64,000 nt of DNA, taken from the NCBI GenBank assembly GCA_022605425.2, contig CM061250.1, forward strand, positions 1,112,230 through 1,176,229, in the 5' to 3' direction. The stretch's first letter is position 1. Every line of letters starts with the position of its first letter. The stretch is from Hamiltosporidium tvaerminnensis FI-OER-3-3. Lineage: Eukaryota; Fungi; Microsporidia. Of this stretch, positions 56,358 to 64,000 are shown one piece after another. The position numbers and the translations under genes are program-made. The notes beneath the pieces were generated by a model, which searched no databases, was not told the origin of the DNA, and worked only from the letters and a program-made list of their open reading frames with translations.

Positions 56358-56840
56358 GAATACCCTATATGCTAAATGTTTCCATTAATATATTGAGGGC
56401 TTCTAAGCACCATTTCGGTAATTTTAATATGGCCATATTTAGGTTAAACACAACGTATTATGACAAAGATTAGAAAATCATATTTTAAGATACTGAGATA
56501 ATGTTTTAATAGTCCAAATATTCTATAAACACAAAAAAAACTACCAATACCTAATGCACAAAAACTTCCAATTATGGTAAATTTTATAAGTTTATTAAGG
56601 TTACCCCCTTAAAGTCCTATAAGAAAAAATAATACTTATAAAATAGTTTGAAATATTACATATTGATATGAAATAATAAATTTGAAGCTAAATGATTATA
56701 AAATTAATATAATCTATCCAGATAAAATAAAATGAGACTTTATTAAGAAATATGAACCACTTTATTTTGAAAATCGAAGGTTGAAACAAATATACAGGTT
56801 TTACAAGTTGAGAAACTGCTTTTGCAAGTATCAAAGTAGA
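56358..56840 (-). promoter_or_regulatory. Conserved family-A upstream cassette, copy 4 (CArG 56568-56577; CCATATTTAG 56433-56442)
   Basis: The 31-mer at 56560-56590; same spacing to the start. Confidence 0.58.
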
Positions 56841-57199
56841 ACGAGCAATGAAAAAAGGCGAATGCTCTAAAAAAATATATGCAAAACTAAAAAGGTAGGG
56901 TTGAATAAAAAACTCAAAATTGAAAAAAAGTATATAAAAGTATCACCAAAATAAATTTAAGCAAAACAAACTGGATATAAAAGAATATTCTAAACTTAGA
57001 AAAAATGGCTAAGCCAACGAAAAAATCGAAATAATACACTTAAAAGAATTATAGATTGAAAAAATGATAATAAAATTAAAATTTATTAAGCTTTTAAATA
57101 AAAGATAGATTTAAAAAATTAACTTTTATGAATACAACCAACTTAATATTATACCCTAAAAAACACCCAAAGTATCAGTTTATATCACAATAAAGACCA

Positions 57200-57500
57200 A
57201 ACATATTTGCTCAATAATAAAATGAGTAAACAAACTAGTTGATAAACTCTCACTAGTAATCCAAAGACAATTTTTTCTTCATCATTTAACAGTACAGCCC
57301 TGCAAACAACTTGGCTTGTTATGGCAAAGCCACCCTCCAGTCTTTCTATAGTTGATTCGTTTACTCTTTCTGGTTCCCAAAATGATAGTTCTAAAGGTTA
57401 TTTTGTTAGTCCTACGCAAAACAACAACCCGAAAAACCAGTCCTTTTTATTCACCTCTTAAGAAAGCAGAGAATCTTTCAAGCCAATTCGGATTCCGACA
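57200..57500 (-). mobile_element. Merlin-like transposase remnant
   Basis: Minus-strand RG...DWFFGLL (57422-57442, ~RG..WVFG), followed by VNESTI..TGGW (~GSxIxTDxW) and a TVN-like trace. GC-richer island. Confidence 0.42.
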
Positions 57501-60199
57501 TGATTGAGAAATAAGGTTACTATAGTTCAGTATATTTGCAGATTATATTATAATATGCCAGAAGGTAAAACAAATTTTTAGGATAATCCAGACTTTAGAC
57601 ACTAGAATTAACAATTCAAACAAATTTTAAAGAATAATGCAGAGAAAAATAATTAGACATAGCGTTTTTCACATCTAATTTGAGTATAAATGGTTTTAAA
57701 AAAATCTTGACAACATATTTGGTTTTTTTTTATTTTTTTTTGTATTTTTGCAAAATTAAGTTTAAAATTTTGATACTTCTCTGCTTAAAATCTACAGATT
57801 TCTTTTTAATCCTTCGATGATTCAATATTATTTTGAAATTATAATGGCTTGCATTTTTAAGCATTATTATAATTGTCGTTCTCTCAAACATTATATATTA
57901 GTGATCATATTATATTATGGTGTTTATGTATAGGATCTATAAACTCAAAGGGGAAAATCCTCAATAACCCTAAAGTATTGATTTATAAATTGTTTTTTAA
58001 AGAATAGAAAATCCTTTTATTTGCAATTTGATTAAAATATTAAGCATTAACTCCGTTGCTAAAATCAAAATTAGGAAAAAATATATGGCTTTTTTATTTT
58101 TTTTAGATAGAAAAAATGGTCAAAATATTTTAATTACTTGTTACATAATATTAAAGTGAGAAAATTTATAAGAACAGTAAATAAACGTATGTCTTTATTC
58201 AAAGATTAAATTTTCTTGATGTTTTTATATCTGTTTGATTAAATTTACAGATACTAATATTAAATTATTTAAAACATATAGTTAAATTAATAATTTATTT
58301 TTTTAAGAATAATATATCGTTGAAGATTGTCATTTGGAAAGTTAGAAAACCTATAATATTCCCAAATTCAAATAAAAATAGCTCAAAAGTAGTTTCTGTT
58401 TTATTGTCAGTTGAATTGAGAGTAAAATAGTATATAGAAAAAGAAAATATTTTGAGTTTTTAGTATAAACGGTCAGATATTATTTTTAAATTAAAATTTT
58501 TAAAAAAATGATTCAAAATTTAAAGTAAAATTTTTTTATTAGAATACAATTCGTAGAAACTACGAAAAGCGACATTTGTATTATGAACGAAAAACAATAT
58601 GAATCACAAATTGTTTTTCGCATTAATTTTTTGACCTCTTACATATAGATATATAATAGTCAAAAAACATTTATAAGTTATCTCTTTAAAATATATTTTT
58701 TTTGACTACGTTTACATAAAAAATATTTCTTAAAAAGTTTTTACTCGAATTTTTACATATAATATATGTATGTATATCGAAAAAACAAATTATGAAATAA
58801 GATAGGCGTTAAAAACCAACCAAAAATATTGGTATAACGAAATTGAATTATAAAATCATAATCAAAAAAATTTAAATAACATAAAAAATATAAAAAATAA
58901 AATATAATATAAGATATAATTTCGTAAATAAATAATTTAATATATAGAGACATGAAATGAATAACAATTTAAAAATAAAAAAGATGAAAAATAAAACAAT
59001 CAAAAATCAATAATAGTTGTATTCACGAAAGACGAAAAATTCTAATAATTAAAAACCAGAATATTTTTATTGGGATTAAATTTAGCAAAAACTAAAAATA
59101 TAAGAAAAAAAATCCTAAGCAGTGATTCATTTCCTGCATGGCTATTGATATTAATATTTCTCTTTTTTTCTAAAACAGTTCTTTTTTTCCTTTTATTTAT
59201 CTAAATCCTTTAACTTTAAAATATTTTAGACATATATAGATAGTAATGAAATATACAAACTTGGAAAAATTAAAAAAAGTTATAATATTTAAAAATACAT
59301 AAACAAACAGTAAAACCAAAAAAAATAGTAATATTTATTACACGTGTAGCATTCTCTTGTTTTCTTGCATTTTCAAAACCACTTCTTCGTTTTAATTGAC
59401 ATAATATTTAAATCTGATTCCCTTTAAGATATTACTAATATTTTTGCATTTCTAAAAAATAAATATAAAAGCAAAAAACGAAAGCCTTCTAATTCGAATC
59501 AAAAATTATTTGAATATAATAAAGCATACATGAATAGGAATAGATGTCAAAGAAAGGACAAGAACATCTGGCAACTTCACGAAAGAACTAGGTGTAGTAT
59601 AAAATTTTTATACAGTAGAAATTTAATTAAAAAATATAAATCCAAAAATTGTATTAAAGACTAGAATAAAGGTGATAAAACCCGAAACTTTGTATTTATA
59701 CTTGGTTCGAAACCCGTAGAATAGTTATAATCACTTAGAAATTATTGTTCCTCTGGCATATGGAACCACACCATTAACATATTCCTTCTATATAATTCCT
59801 TTACCTATAAACCCATAATAATTTATTTTCACGATTATATTTTGTACACTCCTCCTATTAATATTTTAAAAAATTGCTTTTCTTACATCTTATCGTACTG
59901 AGAATTTTTACCCTGACGAGATAATACTACACATAAGAAAAGCAATATGTATTCCACTAATCGAGATGTTTTAGATATTATAAAAAATAAAAAAGGCACA
60001 TGGTAGATATATTGTTTAGCGGTTTCTTTCGGATACCAAGATATCATTCCTATGATTCTTAAATAAGAAAATAATAAATTTTATGTATAAAAAATTTCAT
60101 TCTTAAACTAAGTATCCATGTTAATAATTTTTAAATACTAAATAAATTATTTTTATTTTTTAAGAATGTACTAGGCTATGAAGTTTTTTTTTGTTAAGA

Positions 60200-62290
60200 C
60201 TGGACATTTCATGGTTTAAAATTCGGATTTTCTTGGTAATTCCGGTATGGTCATAAAATCTTAATTATCATGTAAAGTCTGAAACAAAATTCCAAATGCT
60301 TCATCCTTATTGCTTAAAATCGTAAAAACTACAGATTTTTATATTTTAAAAAATATTTCTGTTTCTATCATACATTTATTGTAAATGAGCATAAATTGTT
60401 TTTTTAGAAAATATTTGGATATTTTTGTGTTTTTTTTTTGAAATGAATTGATATAAATAGTAAATACATTATCATTGATTATTCTGTATGTTAGCGAAAG
60501 CGTAGTTTTAAATGGCCTTTATAATATATTATATATAAGAAACAAAGTGCAATATAGGCTATGTGTTTTTCTATGAACTTAAAAATCATACTATATCATT
60601 TAATTTTATTTATATCCAAAGCTTCAAAGAAGGAAATACTTACAGAGATTAGATACATATGATTGTCTATATGGGGTTATATATAAAATTATAAAACCTT
60701 AAGAAGCATTCTGTAGTATTCCATGTTATCATCGTGGAATCTTATTGTAACCGAATTTGGTAAACGTTCTGCTACTTTATAGATTTTAACATAGGGTTTC
60801 AAGAGCCATATTCATAACGAAATCATTCATATACGACCAATAAATCGTGTAATCTTACATATTTAGTATCCAGAAAGTTAAGACTTAGGTTTATTTTCAA
60901 ATCTTTGGAGCATTATATAATCATTTATCGTTAATATTGAGGCTAAGTATCTCTTGCATATTTTCCTGCACCCCAAAAAAAATCTTATTCGTTTTACTGC
61001 TGTTACCCACAGCAAATATCTTCTTTGTATATAAATATATTTTTATTATGCCTGTCAGTATATACTCATTTATACAAGCTAATGATATATTAAACAGTGC
61101 GAGGATAAGATTAAGCACCGTTTAAATTCTTTAGGTTCATCTCCGAGTTAAAATCTTTGAGTTCTTCTGTAATTGTATAACTCCTTTCTATAAAAAGACT
61201 TGCCTATAATATCATATATTCCATAGAATGCCTTTTAAATTTGATATATTTCTCGCAGAATTTCATTTCAACAAAGTTAGTCATATAAACGCTTATATAT
61301 TTTACCCGAAAAAGAACAGCAATGCTTTGTTGTGGAATATTTCCGTCTACTAGCAGATGATTTAACTTACTTGTCTTTATAAAAAACTATCTATGTACAA
61401 TCTAAACTATACCTTATGTATGAAACCATAATTTTTTGCATCGATTTTCTAGTAGTTTTAGTAATAATATTAGTAAGTATGAACCATATTTCTTTTTCAC
61501 GCTGTTGGTTTCGCTTTTAAGGAATATTAAAATTGAAAAGACTTTCAAATGAAAATATTATAGAGTAAATAGAAACATTTCATTCATTATCCTTAAGTCA
61601 CTTCAATTTCAGACAAAAGATTTTTCATGCTTCTTGAATCACATTTGTACGTATAAGATCAATTTAATTTCTTTTTTTAAAATATTTATTTAGTGTGTGT
61701 AAGTATTCATTCTAAAACAATATTTCTTGTCTGTTCGTAATTTAAAATGCCTTCTTTTGAATAAATAGATATAGTAGTCTATATGAATTAAAATAAATGA
61801 TCAATTCTGGTTAGATAACTTATATTACAATGCAATTTCACAAAATTTTAGTTTAGTATACCTTAACCATCAATCTAAAATTTTCGAAATTTAATTAATT
61901 TGTTAATTTCTTAATTATTTTACTTTCGCTTGTATAAAATATTGTATTTAATCATCTCGAGTATTTCCGCTTGAGTTTCAAATGCTTTAGAATTGAGTTA
62001 TTGAATTCTATTAATTTTTCTTTCCAATACGAAGTTCTTTGGTGCCTAAAGTAACTTCTGATGCAAAAATTCTAGCCTTTTCTTGATTAAAAAAATATTT
62101 AAAAGCGAATTCAACATTAGGTTTAAGTCTCCTATGCGCTTAGTAACTAGCCTTGTCATATCAGATCTTTAAATAAATGAATTTTATATTTTGTCTATAT
62201 TTGTTGTTATATGCTTTCAATCCTGCATAAAAAATTTACGATTTTGATTTTTAATTTCTAAACACATAGAATAATCTTTAAATTTAAAAA
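60200..62290 (-). pseudogene. Possible decayed gene without a clear paralogue in the window
   Basis: Purine-rich, protein-like stretches on the minus strand (e.g. FNQEKARIFASEVTLGTKELRIG near 62020-62090) but no sustained ORF. Confidence 0.27.
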
Positions 62291-62314
62291 GTTTTTTTGA
62301 ATCATAAAATGAGG

Positions 62315-62535
62315 ATAGTGCCTAAAGCAAAGGTATCAAATTAGTTTTAGATTGTTCGAATTATGATGTATTTCAATACTCGCGGGTCCTATATAACAGC
62401 ATTTCAAGATTGTAGTAACCTAAAATCAATATATCAGATGTGTAATTAACTAAAGAGATGATTCGATCATTTTTGTATCCGTTATTATAGGAAATTAGAA
62501 AGAAAAGGTATGTATCAAATCCTTAAGACTTCGCC
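62315..62535 (+). mobile_element. Possible Merlin-like remnant near the telomere
   Basis: Plus-strand VPK...RGSYIT (~VPxR..GSxIxTD) and a GMYQILK-like end (~EGxWxxLK). Weak. Confidence 0.25.
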
Positions 62536-63101
62536 TTGTGTTATAGAATTAATTAAGCTATAATGCATTGCTTTTTTAGAAAGCTAAATAATTCTAACTG
62601 ATTTAAAGTTTAGGTTCTTAACTACAAATCAGAGTTTCAAAGCAATGATTCTATAATTTCATAAATATATGACAACTTATAAACGAGGTTTCTGTGAATG
62701 CTATTATAATAAAATATGTCCTAAATCACATATGTATAATCTATTATTTCACAAGGGAATTCAAACTAAGTTTAAATCGATTTATTGAACTATGTTCAGT
62801 TTATTTGGATCAAACGTAAGTTATTTTTCTTTGCCTAAAATTTTAACTATTATATTACCTATAAGAAACACAAAGGTTTCTTGTTCAGACTAGGATAATT
62901 ATACTGCCTTTTTCTAATTCAAACATTAGAGTTTCCCCATAAATTTTATTTACTTTATAATTTTGCTCTTGGTAATATCAGGATCTTTTTTATCCGAATA
63001 TTTCCAAATTGTCATTAAGATGAGTTTACCGGTCTCGATCCAAAAAGATTATAAATTTAATTTATAAATATGTAATTAGTGTTTGAATAAGCTTATTGTC
63101 A

Positions 63102-63335
63102 TTAGGGTTAGGGTTAGGGTTAGGGTTAGGGTTAGGGTTAGGGTTAGGGTTAGGGTTAGGGTTAGGGTTAGGGTTAGGGTTAGGGTTAGGGTTAGGGTTA
63201 GGGTTAGGGTTAGGGTTAGGGTTAGGGTTAGGGTTAGGGTTAGGGTTAGGGTTAGGGTTAGGGTTAGGGTTAGGGTTAGGGTTAGGGTTAGGGTTAGGGT
63301 TAGGGTTAGGGTTAGGGTTAGGGTTAGGGTTAGGG
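63102..63335 (+). repeat. Telomeric repeat array (TTAGGG)39
   Basis: 39 uninterrupted TTAGGG units, with the G-rich strand running 5'->3' toward the window end as expected at a right chromosome end. TTAGG TTAGG TTAGGG follows at 63336-63351. Confidence 0.97.
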
Positions 63336-63351
63336 TTAGGTTAGGTTAGGG

Positions 63352-64000
63352 CTAGGCTGTGGGTTAGGCGCCAGGGCTAGGGTGTGGGCTAGGCCAGGGC
63401 CAGGGCAGGCCAGGCCAGGCCAGGCCAGGCCAGGCCAGGGCCAGGCCAGGGGCCAGGCCAGGGCCAGGGCCAGGCCAGGCCAGGCCAGGCCAGGGCCAGG
63501 CCAGGCCAGGGCCAGGGCCAGGGCCAGGGCCAGGAGGGCCAGGCCAGGCCAGGCCAGGCCAGGCCAGGCCAGGCCAGGCCAGGCCAGCCAGGCCAGGCCA
63601 GGCCAGGCCAGGGCCAGGGCCAGGCCAGGCCAGGGCCAGGGCCAGGGCCAGGGCCAGGCCAGGCCAGGCCAGGCCAGGCCAGGCCAGGCCAGGGCCAGGC
63701 CAGGCCAGGGCCAGGGCCAGGGCCAGGGCCAGGCCAGGCCAGGCCAGGCCAGGCCAGGCCAGGCCAGGGCCAGGCCAGGCCAGGCTAGGCCAGGCCAGGG
63801 GCCAGGCCAGGCCAGGGCCAGGCCAGGCCAGGCTGAGGCCAGGCCAGGAAGCAGGCCAGGCCAGGAAAAAAGAGAGGCCAGGCCAGGGGCCAGGCCAGGC
63901 AGCCAGGCCAGGCCAGGCCAGGCCAGGGCCAGGGCCAGGGCCAGGGCCAGGCCAGGCCAGGCGCCCAGGCTAGGCCAGGCCAGGCCAGGCCAGGGCCAGG
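63352..64000 (+). repeat. Degenerate CCAGG/CCAGGG array distal to the telomere (probable basecalling artefact of telomeric DNA)
   Basis: A short transition (CTAGG, TGTGGG, CTAGGG) leads into irregular CCAGG/CCAGGG units to the end. The reverse complement CCCTGG is a known nanopore miscall of CCCTAA. Confidence 0.85.

Larger units (their letters stand above)
49150..56375. repeat. Segmental duplication, copy 2 (C - B - A' block)
   Basis: Direct-orientation diverged copy of 26870-34455. Confidence 0.85.

Noticed and set aside
425-61125. Short 60-100 aa ORFs from the track as real small genes
   Set aside because: They have the F/L/I/K/N/Y-rich composition typical of random AT-rich frames, and many begin at TTG/GTG. 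The few informative ones are fragments of the pseudogenes or the LINE.
1-63101. Fungal RIP as the cause of decay; rRNA or tRNA genes in the subtelomere
   Set aside because: Paralogue differences include many transversions and indels, with no CpA-specific pattern visible by eye. No rRNA or tRNA signature was seen.
63083-63349. ORFs encoding (VR)n and (LG)n
   Set aside because: These are simply translations of TTAGGG repeats, with no evidence of a gene.
63371-64000. CCAGG array as a Dcm (CCWGG) site cluster or CRISPR-like repeat
   Set aside because: Eukaryotic telomeric context, no spacers, and a match to a known miscall pattern.

Overview
This is the end of a eukaryotic chromosome. About 63 kb of very AT-rich subtelomeric DNA (roughly 20-25% GC by eye) runs into 39 perfect TTAGGG units (63102-63335). 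A CCAGG/CCAGGG tail follows and is most likely a long-read basecalling artefact. I found no intact gene, rRNA, tRNA or CRISPR array, and the longest ORF is 102 aa. By hand alignment, the subtelomere is a patchwork of two things. (i) Frame-broken paralogues of at least four lineage-specific gene families, called A-D here; A has five copies, all on the minus strand. They sit in duplicated modules, including a ~7.5 kb block repeated ~22 kb away. (ii) Eroded transposon remnants: a near full-length APE-RT LINE, an R4/Dong-like RT, several Merlin/IS1595-like pieces, and piggyBac, Tc1/mariner, Harbinger-like and KRBA2/Ginger-like integrase fragments. The most striking signal is a conserved non-coding cassette upstream of four family-A copies. 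It holds a near-invariant 31-mer with a CArG (MADS-box) site 211-212 bp from the inferred start codon, and a second CArG/MEF2-like site at 75-76 bp. The TE mix, the GGG motif just before the ATG and the base composition suggest a large-genome AT-rich microsporidian, but that is inference. All boundaries except the telomere and the quoted motifs are approximate.
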